Position numbers and translations under genes: made by a program
Shown here: piece by piece, positions 19,746 through 28,923 of the stretch
Layout: every line of letters begins with the position of its first letter
Position numbering within the stretch: position 1 is the stretch's first letter
Origin: an uncultured Mycoplasmatota bacterium
Lineage (GTDB): Bacteria; Bacillota_I; Bacilli_A; RF39; UBA660
Direction: 5' to 3'
Assembly: GCA_900549625.1 (NCBI GenBank)
Contig: URPE01000003.1
Coordinates: 23,107 to 87,106, forward strand
Length of the DNA stretch: 64,000 nt
The notes under the pieces: model-generated
The model's input: the letters and a program-made list of their open reading frames with translations, nothing else
Told to the model about the DNA's origin: nothing
The model's database searches: none

Positions 19746-22700
19746 CTAATTAAATTGACTTTGACCTTTTGCTCTTGTCCAAGCACTAGAATATCCATTT
19801 GTACATTGTATTGCTACCCAATATAAATAAGGAAAATTGTAATTAGTATAATTAGTATGAGAAGCAATATAATTTTTTTGAGTTTCTGCTTGAGCTCTAG
19901 TTAATGTATAGTCTGTAACTACAAGGTAATATCCTGGTGCAGATGGTGCTTCACTTATTTGCCCAGTCCAACCTGCTGATTGGAATACACTTAATAAAGC
20001 TGAAGCGTTCCCATAAGGACCATGACCAGTAATTAATTGACAATAAGCTTCTGTAACTGAAGCTGTTAAAGTTACATCATAATCAGGCATATTACTAACC
20101 CAACCATTCCAGCCATGAAATTTATGATAGCTATCTAAAACATCTTGTCCATTTAAATTAGGAATTTCATCTCCATATCCAACAGATCTTTGTGTCCACA
20201 AATTATTGTTAACATAATAGTTTACTGTATAGTAATTTTTACTCCAAGTTGCAATATAATTTCTATTTCCTACTGAACCTTTAGCAATAATTACATTTTT
20301 AGTTGCTGTAGTTAATTCTGTTCCAGTCCATCCAAGAAATGTATAGCCTTTTTTAGTTGGTTGTGATAGTGCTATCGTATTAGATTCTATATTATAATTT
20401 GTTGGTTGAGATGAAATACTACCACCATCCAAATTATAAGAAATACTGTATTCTATTGGTTTCCAATTTGCAGTATACACCTTATTACCAATTGAACCTT
20501 TTTCTATTTCCACATTATCTGATGGTATTGTGCCATTATCACCAGTCCATCCAAGAAATGTATAACCTTCTTTTGTTGGTTTTGGCAATAGAAATGTGTC
20601 AGTTTCAATATTATATTTTGAAATTGATGATGACAAAGAACCACCATTTAAATTATAAGTAATTGAATAATCTATTATTTTCCAATTTGCCTTTATTTCA
20701 TGATCAAAAGAAATATTCATAACTGTGTCTTCTTTTATTAATAAATTATTATAAAACCAGCCTTCAAATGAATAACCTTTTTTTGTAGCTTCTGGTATTG
20801 TTCCATATAGGCTATTATACGAAATATCTACATAACTAGGATTAACTATTCCACTATTTGGATTTAATGATACTCTGTATACATTAGCAATCCAATTGGC
20901 TTTATAATTTTTATTACCAATAGTACCTTTTGGTATTACAACATTAATTTCTGCTCTTAAACCATTATCACCAGTCCATCCAAGAAATGTATAACCTTCT
21001 CTTGTTGGGTTTGGTAATGTTATTGCATTAGATTCTACATCAAAGTTTATTTCTTTTAAATCTTTACTACTCCCAGTATTTAAATCATATTTAATAATAT
21101 ATTGATTTTTTGTGTATTGTGCATGATAATCAACATTAGTTTTTACTGAATTAATTGATGGACTCCATCCTGTAAATGTGTATCCATCTAAAAATGGATT
21201 TTCTGGAGGTGTTGGCATATTACCATAATCAACTTCTTCTTCTTTCAAAACTCCACCAAATAAATCATAATATTTTACATTTAATTTGATTATTTCCCAT
21301 ACAGCATACAAATTAATAACATCATTATCATTGCAAGATAAATTATATATTTCTTGCTCATCTTTATAAGTAACATTACCATTTGGAATTGTAGACCATC
21401 CTAAGAAATTATAGCCTTCTTTAGTGAAAGTATTTTTTCTTAAATTTTCTTTATTATTATATTTGATTTTTGTACTTTCCATCTTTCCTGTTCCTGATGA
21501 TGAATTATAAATAATACTATATGAAATCGGTTTATAATTAGCAGTTAGTTTTAAATTACCAGTTGAACCTTTTTTTATTTCATAATTAATTTTTGGTTCA
21601 TCATCATTTTTTGATGTCCATCCAAGAAATATATATCCTTCTTTAACTGGATTAGGAAGAATTATATTTTCTTCTACATTGTAGTTAAGAGGATTATCTT
21701 CAATCACTCCTCCAACTAAATTGTAAGTTATATCATATTTTATAATTTCCCAGTTTGCACTTATCGTTATATCTTTATCTTCATTAAATACATTTTTACT
21801 AGATACTTCATTATTGTTTTCATCAGTCCAATTAATTAACTTATATCCTTTTTTTGATATTGTTGGTAATTCACCATATATCTCATCAAAATTAATTTTT
21901 TTAGGACTTATTTGCTCTCTTGCACCATTTGTGTTATATATTAACTTATATGAATTAGTTTTATAATTGGCAAGAAGTTTTATGTTACCAATTGTTCCTT
22001 GATTTATCTTATAATCAATAATAGGTTCTTTTGTTTTATCATCTGTCCATCCTAAAAATGTATACCCTTTTTTTGAAGGCTTTGGAATATCAAATAAATC
22101 ATCTTCTACAGTATAAGTTAAAGGAGCATTATCTTCAAATGCTCCTCCACTTAGATTATAAGAAATTTCATAATTATTAACATCATAAAGTGCATTATAA
22201 GTCAAATCAGTTTTTACTTCATTTACTATATCATTGTCCCATTTTGAGAATGTATAACCTAATCGCTTTGGATTTTCTGGAGCAATAACACTCTCTCCAT
22301 AGTCATACTTACTTTTACTAATAACTGATCCATCATAATCAAAAAATTCAACATTATAAGTTTCTATTTTCCACATAGCATATAAGATAATATTTTCATT
22401 ATCTTTAGTCGTTAAATTAAAAACATCCATTTCATCCAAATATATAGGTTCTCCATTTTTTTCAGTCGACCAACCTGTAAAAATATATCCCTCTTTTGTC
22501 ATTGAATTTTTAGGTAATTTACATACTTCATTGCCTTTACAGGTTATAGACTCCATTGTTCCAGAACCATCATTAGAATCAAATGAAATATAATATTTAA
22601 TTCCTTTTGCTTCTTCTACTTTTTTTCTATTTGGAACATATTTATATGGATCATCTTCTTTTTTCTTATCTTCTACTGAATCTTTGTTGTTATCAGGAAA

Positions 22701-23087
22701 AATTTTTGTTTCTGGAAAATTAATCGGATTTTTAATAGGTAATGTGTCATTTTTATTAAAAATAATTAACAATCCAAAGATTAACAATAGCAACAATAAG
22801 ATAAAGAAAAAAGGAATACGATATTTCAAAGTAATATAACTATTATTACCAACGAAAACATATCCCTTATTAAATCCTAACATTTTGGTTTTCACTTCAT
22901 ATTTCTCATTTTTAAAATATAGTAAATCCAATTCTTTTTTTTCAGAATTGGATTTATATTTTTTTAATTTAGTACATCCAATAACAATATTATTTTGGTT
23001 TTTCTTTAACTCTTTTCTTGTTATATATGGAATTTCTTTATAATATTTTGAATTTTCATGCTCAATAACATTATAACTTTTACTCAT
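19746..23087 (-). CDS. Membrane-anchored surface protein with ~14 Listeria-Bacteroides (Flg_new-type) repeats
   Basis: TM at about aa 90-110. The motif GY(T/I/N)F(L/T/S)GW(T/S) recurs about every 70-80 aa. The ~170-aa C-terminal domain is non-repetitive. Confidence 0.7.
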   Translation of the reverse strand: MSKSYNVIEHENSKYYKEIPYITRKELKKNQNNIVIGCTKLKKYKSNSEKKELDLLYFKNEKYEVKTKMLGFNKGYVFVGNNSYITLKYRIPFFFILLLLLLIFGLLIIFNKNDTLPIKNPINFPETKIFPDNNKDSVEDKKKEDDPYKYVPNRKKVEEAKGIKYYISFDSNDGSGTMESITCKGNEVCKLPKNSMTKEGYIFTGWSTEKNGEPIYLDEMDVFNLTTKDNENIILYAMWKIETYNVEFFDYDGSVISKSKYDYGESVIAPENPKRLGYTFSKWDNDIVNEVKTDLTYNALYDVNNYEISYNLSGGAFEDNAPLTYTVEDDLFDIPKPSKKGYTFLGWTDDKTKEPIIDYKINQGTIGNIKLLANYKTNSYKLIYNTNGAREQISPKKINFDEIYGELPTISKKGYKLINWTDENNNEVSSKNVFNEDKDITISANWEIIKYDITYNLVGGVIEDNPLNYNVEENIILPNPVKEGYIFLGWTSKNDDEPKINYEIKKGSTGNLKLTANYKPISYSIIYNSSSGTGKMESTKIKYNNKENLRKNTFTKEGYNFLGWSTIPNGNVTYKDEQEIYNLSCNDNDVINLYAVWEIIKLNVKYYDLFGGVLKEEEVDYGNMPTPPENPFLDGYTFTGWSPSINSVKTNVDYHAQYTKNQYIIKYDLNTGSSKDLKEINFDVESNAITLPNPTREGYTFLGWTGDNGLRAEINVVIPKGTIGNKNYKANWIANVYRVSLNPNSGIVNPSYVDISYNSLYGTIPEATKKGYSFEGWFYNNLLIKEDTVMNISFDHEIKANWKIIDYSITYNLNGGSLSSSISKYNIETDTFLLPKPTKEGYTFLGWTGDNGTIPSDNVEIEKGSIGNKVYTANWKPIEYSISYNLDGGSISSQPTNYNIESNTIALSQPTKKGYTFLGWTGTELTTATKNVIIAKGSVGNRNYIATWSKNYYTVNYYVNNNLWTQRSVGYGDEIPNLNGQDVLDSYHKFHGWNGWVSNMPDYDVTLTASVTEAYCQLITGHGPYGNASALLSVFQSAGWTGQISEAPSAPGYYLVVTDYTLTRAQAETQKNYIASHTNYTNYNFPYLYWVAIQCTNGYSSAWTRAKGQSQFN

Positions 23088-23107
23088 TCAATACTCCTTT
23101 CATAATA

Positions 23108-26100
23108 TTACTTTCTTTTTTTCTTTTTAATAATTGATCTAGTTAAAGTAATTACGCCAATCAATGATACTCCACCAATTATTAAATATAAAGTTTTATT
23201 TGCTTCATATCCAGTTTGAACACCTTTATCAATTTTAACAGCTGGTAAAAGAGTATTTTGATATTTTATACTATAAGTTAAGTCTTCATCTGTTTCTACC
23301 AAATTATCATTAACAAACAAACCTTCATCATTCAAAGTTACCCTTACTATTTCAGATGAAATTGAGTAACCTATCGGAGCTGATTCTTCACGAATGAACC
23401 AGTGCCCATACTTTATTGGGATTAATGCAGTACCATTTTCCGTATTAGCATTATAAGTTCCAATTACCTCATTACATTTCTCATCTTTACATAATTTAAA
23501 CGAAAAATCTTTACTAACAATATTTTCTAATGTCTTATCATCTACTTTATTAATTAAAATATAATTTTTAATAGCTTTATTATAGATTTTTTCTGAATTA
23601 GATATTTTCTCTATATTTTTTCCTTTGTACTTTGTATCAACTGATAGTTTTTCTTCATTTTTATAATATCCATTTAATTCCTTTTCCTCACTTATTTCAA
23701 AATAAGTTTCATCATCATAAGATAATGGTAAGTCAGCATTAAATACATATTTACCTTTATTATCTGTTGTTCCAGTTTCTATTTTCTCACCAGCATGTAC
23801 TAATATTTTTCCATCATAAGACAAAATATCCTTAGTAGCTGTTAAATTAAAAATAACACCTTCAAGTGTCATATTTGTTTCAGCATCTAATTTTGTTAAA
23901 TTAACTTCTACTTTTTGTCGTTTATTAGTAATTGACAATGTTTTTAAAATAATTGGAGTTACATTATCTTTAAATTCCAAATTTATTTTATATTTATTAG
24001 TATCAATTATCATTCCTTTTGGAACTTCATATTCATAAACCAGATATTTCCCCAATGGAAGTTCTTTAGACAAGGCATCATTATTACATGTTGTAGTTAC
24101 CTTATCAACAATTTCACCCTTTTTATAAATGATAGAGCCATCTGCTGGATCAATTATATCTTCATCTGCTTGAATATTTACAGTCATACCAGCAAGACAT
24201 TTTTCTTCATAAATAAATTTCGTATTTCCATTTTTATCTTTTTCAACACCAGTTAGAACTTCACCTTTCTTCTCAATTTTTATTTGTCCTTTTACTGCTT
24301 TGTCATACATAGTAACAGTCAATATTGGATCTCCATCATCATCAACCTCTACAATATTTGAATTTGTTACTTTAAAATTTTGACCATCAGAATTAATCAA
24401 ATAAAAATCAGGACTTTCAATTTCTTCAAGAATCCAATTTCCAGCTTTAACTTCTAATGGTAATTGAAAAAATCCTTTGTCTGAAGTCTTCCATGTATCA
24501 TAAGTCTTATCAGCTACCTTTTGTTTTAGATATTCACCTGTTTCAGCGTTTTTAATCTTAAAAGTAGTATTTGACATTGTAATTAACTTATTGGTATCTT
24601 TATCTCTTTTTACAAGTTTTACATAGGAAGTAAAATTACGATTATTAATTATATATTTTACGGTATCTTGATTTTCTCTTGCAACCTTGAATTCCCATGT
24701 ATTTTTGATCATATCTGTATCTACTTTACCTTTTACTTGTTTAACAATAAATGTTCCATAAGCAAGTTTTCTAGTTTTAGCATAGCCTTTGTCTGATGTA
24801 ACTAATTTATCATATTCTTTTTCTGTAAATTCATCTCTATGATTCCAAGCCTCTTCTATACTTCCATATTTATCAACATATTTTTTTGCAACTACTAAAA
24901 ATTCAGCATCTTTTTCTTTTTCTACTATTTCTGATTCATCACCTGAAGTAATTATTTTTTCAAGTTCAAAATCTCCAACAATAACATTTTCTTTTGAAGT
25001 TGTTTTATTTATTACTGTTTTTGTTTCTTGATTAGCATAGTCCAAAGTAAACTTATGAACTGTTTTATCAACAGAATAACCTTCTCCAGCTGTTAGTTCA
25101 CGCCACTCATAGTCGCCCAAATATAAATTATCTACTTGTGCCATTCCGTTTTCAATACGAACTCTAGTTATTTCTGTTCCTTTATTATATATAATAGAAT
25201 CATCAGCTGGATCTAAAATATTCTCACTTGCATATAAACCATATAATGCACCATCAATAACTGCTTCATTTTGGGCATGTTTAACATCAGCATCTTCTTT
25301 ATACAAATAAGCTGTACCTTTAACTCTTTCGTTGGATAAACTTACTTTAATACTACCACTACCTGTTACTTTATCACTTACTGTATTATTCTCTGGATTT
25401 AACCAATACTTTGTTTTTGTTTTAGTTTCTATAACAGTATAAGTGTGTGTTTGTGAAGCCTTTTGATTAGCAGAATTTTGAGCTTCAGCGTCAGCAGCTG
25501 TTTGAGCTTCTATTTTACTATGATATGCACCACGCTGATTTACTTCATTCTTTCCTGCATCTCCTAAATCATCCCAATTTGTTACATAAGTTTTTGGTGA
25601 AGATGTAGATGAATGAGTTACTACAGAAGTTGATTTTGCATTTCCATTAGCGTCAGTTATAGCAGATGAAAACTTAACACCATCTCTATAAAAGTCAACT
25701 TCTACACCAGATAAAGGTTTATCACTTTCAATATCTGTTTTATGAAATGATACTTCTACCTTTTCTTCTGCACTTTTTGTAGAAGACAATGTTTCATATA
25801 TAGGTTCAACTTCAGTTAATCTAAATACATGAATATAATCCATTGAATTTACTGTTATATTTGTTAATCCAAATGTTGTAATTCCAGAAGCTAATACAGC
25901 ATCCCCAACACCATAATTATATCCATTTGCACCATACATTGATATTTTATTACCATAAATATGAATAAAGCCAACATGTCCACTACCAGTATAGTTTGCC
26001 TTGTCCTCTGGTCGTTGAATAACTAAATCACCATTTTTAAATAAACTTGCATTGGCTTTTACATCTTTAGCATATCCTGACCAAATATGCTTAGCATCTT

Positions 26101-26443
26101 CTGGATGATTCATAGCATTAGTATACATAGCTGATGGAGCATATCTAGCACCTGTTCCATCTGGCTGTTTTGTATTAATATCATACGGATGAGTTCCTAC
26201 AATTGAGGTTCCAATACCTAGTTTATTTAATGTACGAGTAACTAACCCAGTACATGTTCCTACTTCTCCATATCCCCAATCACTATAAGATTGAGCTGTT
26301 TCTATTATTTTATCTCCTGATACATTCGATAAAGCATGTACCTGTGTTACTAACAAATTAGTTGGTATTGAAGTAAGTAACATACCAGTAGTTAGAAACA
26401 AACTAAAAATTTTTTTGAATTTCATACCAATTTTCTTTTTCAC
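23108..26443 (-). CDS. Large surface adhesin: signal peptide, NlpC/P60- or CHAP-like N-terminal domain, multiple Cna-B/SpaA-type prealbumin-fold repeats, C-terminal TM with a basic tail
   Basis: GTG start with RBS AAAGGAGA. Motifs GTCTGLV ... GSGHVGFIH. Repeated segments of the type GA(L)YGLYA..ILDPADDSIIYNKG. The C-terminus is ...GVQTGYEANKTLYLIIGGVSLIGVITLTRSIIKKKKRK. Confidence 0.7.
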   Translation of the reverse strand: MKKKIGMKFKKIFSLFLTTGMLLTSIPTNLLVTQVHALSNVSGDKIIETAQSYSDWGYGEVGTCTGLVTRTLNKLGIGTSIVGTHPYDINTKQPDGTGARYAPSAMYTNAMNHPEDAKHIWSGYAKDVKANASLFKNGDLVIQRPEDKANYTGSGHVGFIHIYGNKISMYGANGYNYGVGDAVLASGITTFGLTNITVNSMDYIHVFRLTEVEPIYETLSSTKSAEEKVEVSFHKTDIESDKPLSGVEVDFYRDGVKFSSAITDANGNAKSTSVVTHSSTSSPKTYVTNWDDLGDAGKNEVNQRGAYHSKIEAQTAADAEAQNSANQKASQTHTYTVIETKTKTKYWLNPENNTVSDKVTGSGSIKVSLSNERVKGTAYLYKEDADVKHAQNEAVIDGALYGLYASENILDPADDSIIYNKGTEITRVRIENGMAQVDNLYLGDYEWRELTAGEGYSVDKTVHKFTLDYANQETKTVINKTTSKENVIVGDFELEKIITSGDESEIVEKEKDAEFLVVAKKYVDKYGSIEEAWNHRDEFTEKEYDKLVTSDKGYAKTRKLAYGTFIVKQVKGKVDTDMIKNTWEFKVARENQDTVKYIINNRNFTSYVKLVKRDKDTNKLITMSNTTFKIKNAETGEYLKQKVADKTYDTWKTSDKGFFQLPLEVKAGNWILEEIESPDFYLINSDGQNFKVTNSNIVEVDDDGDPILTVTMYDKAVKGQIKIEKKGEVLTGVEKDKNGNTKFIYEEKCLAGMTVNIQADEDIIDPADGSIIYKKGEIVDKVTTTCNNDALSKELPLGKYLVYEYEVPKGMIIDTNKYKINLEFKDNVTPIILKTLSITNKRQKVEVNLTKLDAETNMTLEGVIFNLTATKDILSYDGKILVHAGEKIETGTTDNKGKYVFNADLPLSYDDETYFEISEEKELNGYYKNEEKLSVDTKYKGKNIEKISNSEKIYNKAIKNYILINKVDDKTLENIVSKDFSFKLCKDEKCNEVIGTYNANTENGTALIPIKYGHWFIREESAPIGYSISSEIVRVTLNDEGLFVNDNLVETDEDLTYSIKYQNTLLPAVKIDKGVQTGYEANKTLYLIIGGVSLIGVITLTRSIIKKKKRK

Positions 26444-26537
26444 AATATTCTCCTTTCATCAAAAAATGGTACTACTAAATTTTAAGGAATAGCTCTCATC
26501 TCCTTTCTTTATAAGAAAAAAAGAGAAAAAAAGGCAT

Positions 26538-26564
26538 AAAAAAACAGACATTCAAATATGTCTG
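26538..26564 (-). terminator. Rho-independent terminator-like hairpin inside the leader of the adhesin gene
   Basis: Minus strand: CAGACAT-ATTTGA-ATGTCTG followed by TTTTTTT. Confidence 0.6.
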
Positions 26565-26597
26565 AATATACTCACCTTACATTTTCTCCATAATACC

Positions 26598-26626
26598 ATT
26601 ATAGCATGATTTTATAGGACAGTCAA
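26598..26626 (-). promoter_or_regulatory. Sigma-70 promoter with an extended -10
   Basis: Minus strand: TTGACT, a 17-nt spacer, then TGcTATAAT. It lies upstream of the hairpin at 26538-26564 and the gene start at 26443. Confidence 0.6.
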
Positions 26627-26656
26627 CGGACATTTTTAAAATAAGTAGAATAATTT

Positions 26657-26911
26657 TTAAATAATTTGAATTCTATCCAGCGATTCCATTAAACTAACAT
26701 TATATACTTCAAAATTCGAAAACGCCTCATCTAAAGAATTGTAAGATAATTTTCTATTAGAATATAAAATTGCATATATTATTACCTTATCATTTATTTC
26801 TTCTATGATATATTCTAAACTATATAATTTAAACTTTAAAACTTTTAATTCATTAAATTTTTGTTTTATACTTTCATAATCCATACAATCACCCATAATA
26901 TAAAATAACAA
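26657..26911 (-). CDS. Hypothetical protein
   Basis: 84-aa ORF directly downstream of the GNAT gene. Confidence 0.4.
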   Translation of the reverse strand: MLFYIMGDCMDYESIKQKFNELKVLKFKLYSLEYIIEEINDKVIIYAILYSNRKLSYNSLDEAFSNFEVYNVSLMESLDRIQII

Positions 26912-26913
26912 AA

Positions 26914-27450
26914 TTAATTATTATCTAACTTCTTCAATAATATGTGTCTTTTAATATTTTCATCTTTTTTATAAAATGTTTTTATTTCAAATCCCATATC
27001 TTGTAAATTCTTTAAGCTAAATTCATTTCCAAAAGTAACCTCTGCTACTATATTAAAAATTCCTTTCTTCTTAGCTTGAAGTTCTAAATAATTCACTAAC
27101 ATTTTTTGTAATCCGTTTCCCCTATATTCTGGTAAAACTATAACCCCATCAATATCTGCACATTTTCCTGTTATATCTGGAATAAAGTTTTTAATTTGTT
27201 CCATTCTATCTGATACTGATAAAAATATCCAAGCAATCATTTTTTTATTATAAAATGCACCATATATTTCACCATCTTTATCAGGATTATTCACAATTCT
27301 TAAATAGCTTTCTTCTTTAAATGGTAAAAAATATCCTTTTTCACTTTCTTTAAAATTATCAATTACTACTTCTTGAATATTATAAATATCTTTAACATCA
27401 TTACTATCACAAATTCTAATCTCAACTTTATTTAAGTCTATTTTAAACAT
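26914..27450 (-). CDS. GNAT-family N-acetyltransferase
   Basis: Acetyl-CoA binding motif (VLPEYRGNGLQKMLVNYLE), 178 aa. Confidence 0.8.
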   Translation of the reverse strand: MFKIDLNKVEIRICDSNDVKDIYNIQEVVIDNFKESEKGYFLPFKEESYLRIVNNPDKDGEIYGAFYNKKMIAWIFLSVSDRMEQIKNFIPDITGKCADIDGVIVLPEYRGNGLQKMLVNYLELQAKKKGIFNIVAEVTFGNEFSLKNLQDMGFEIKTFYKKDENIKRHILLKKLDNN

Positions 27451-27569
27451 AACCTTCCTCCATATTACACAATAAATAATTAAATAAATCTAAAAATATT
27501 GTACCACAAAAAAAGAAAATATTTATTATTCATATTCAAATACAACAAAAAAAGTAGTATATTATAAAA

Positions 27570-28721
27570 CTACTTCTTTCTTATAGATAAAACAGCAGGA
27601 TTTACTGTTCCTTTTTCATCAGCATCTTCGATTCCATATTTTTTATTCCAATGTTTTCTATATTCTTCACCTTGTTTTGAAAAATGTGATAATGCGTTTG
27701 CTGTAGCACCAGCCATAAAACCACTTAATCCTAACTCTTCATCATAAACTTGTTGTTCTGCTTCTTCAAAAGAAATACCTTCTTCCATTTTTTTCATCAT
27801 AGATATAGTTGCTTTTACAACAAATACTGAATAACCATCATTACTATTATTATCAGCAAATTGTAACCACTCTTCTGCTGTTTCTGGCTTAACTAATGTT
27901 AATCCTTCCCTCATTAAAGTATATTTCATTTTTTTAGCCTCAGCATCCCCTTTTTCTTTTGCTTCAGCCCATGCTTTATCTTGTTGTTCTTTTTCAGCTT
28001 GTTCAGCATCTACTATTCTATCACCAAATATTAATCTTTTAGAAGCAAATATATCTTCAGCTTTTCTTCTATCATATTCAGGTTCAATAAATGGATTTGA
28101 ATATAATACCTCACCATCTTTTGAAGTTATATCAGAAATTGCAGCTCCATATCCAACAAATGGTATACCACTATATCCAATTTCTACATTTATAAAATCA
28201 GTTACATTCTTTAATTCAGCTGTTTCTTCTTGCTTAACACCATACCACCATCCTGTGTATGATACATCTTCTCCAATATGTTCTCTTAATTTTTCAAACA
28301 TAGCTTTTGCTTTTGACTCTTTGTCTTGTTCTTTTTGAGCTATAAGTTCATCAAAAGTCATATCTCCTTCTTGCATTGGTAAAAATGATCCTGCTTGAGT
28401 ATGACAAACATATTGATAACCATTTCCTTCCATGTTACTAATTAGTATTCTATAATCTGGATTATTTCCATACTGTGCTTTAACTTCATCTAAACTTAAT
28501 CTCTTACCATAATAAATCCATTTTGAAAAATTTGATTTTTCTCCATCAAAACTTTTTTCACCATCTACAACAAATTCTTTGTCATAAAAACGAAAGCCTT
28601 GCATTTTACCATCATTTTCAATTTTCATTGGATCTCTTTCTTCAACTTCTGAAATTGAAGATTCACTAAATAATACTCCTCTGTAAATTTTTTCAACATA
28701 ACTTTTCTTTACTTTTTCCAT
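27570..28721 (-). CDS. Hypothetical protein (first gene of cassette A)
   Basis: 383-aa ORF with RBS AAGGGGGA. No motif recognised. Confidence 0.55.
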   Translation of the reverse strand: MEKVKKSYVEKIYRGVLFSESSISEVEERDPMKIENDGKMQGFRFYDKEFVVDGEKSFDGEKSNFSKWIYYGKRLSLDEVKAQYGNNPDYRILISNMEGNGYQYVCHTQAGSFLPMQEGDMTFDELIAQKEQDKESKAKAMFEKLREHIGEDVSYTGWWYGVKQEETAELKNVTDFINVEIGYSGIPFVGYGAAISDITSKDGEVLYSNPFIEPEYDRRKAEDIFASKRLIFGDRIVDAEQAEKEQQDKAWAEAKEKGDAEAKKMKYTLMREGLTLVKPETAEEWLQFADNNSNDGYSVFVVKATISMMKKMEEGISFEEAEQQVYDEELGLSGFMAGATANALSHFSKQGEEYRKHWNKKYGIEDADEKGTVNPAVLSIRKK

Positions 28722-28747
28722 ATCAATATTTCCCCCTTTTGCAGTCG

Positions 28748-28918
28748 CAAAGTGTAATACTATAAGAAAAAGTAATATCTATTTGCTATTTCATTAGTAT
28801 TTTAATATTGTTTTTTTAATATGATTAAAAAACATATATGGTCAAATTTGACAATTGCTCATTTTTATGTTAGAATACAAGCCATATCAAGCAGAAAATC
28901 TCAAAGTATTACACTTTG
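28748..28918 (+). promoter_or_regulatory. Candidate invertible promoter, switch A. The promoter currently faces away from gene 27570-28721.
   Basis: IR CAAAGTGTAATACT at 28748-28761, with its exact reverse complement at 28905-28918. Between them, on the plus strand, are TTGACA (28848-53), a 17-nt spacer and TGtTAGAAT (-10 at 28871-76). The right IR is part of the hairpin TCTCAAAGT-ATTAC-ACTTTGAGA, followed by TTTTATTTTT. Confidence 0.6.
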
Positions 28919-28923
28919 AGATT

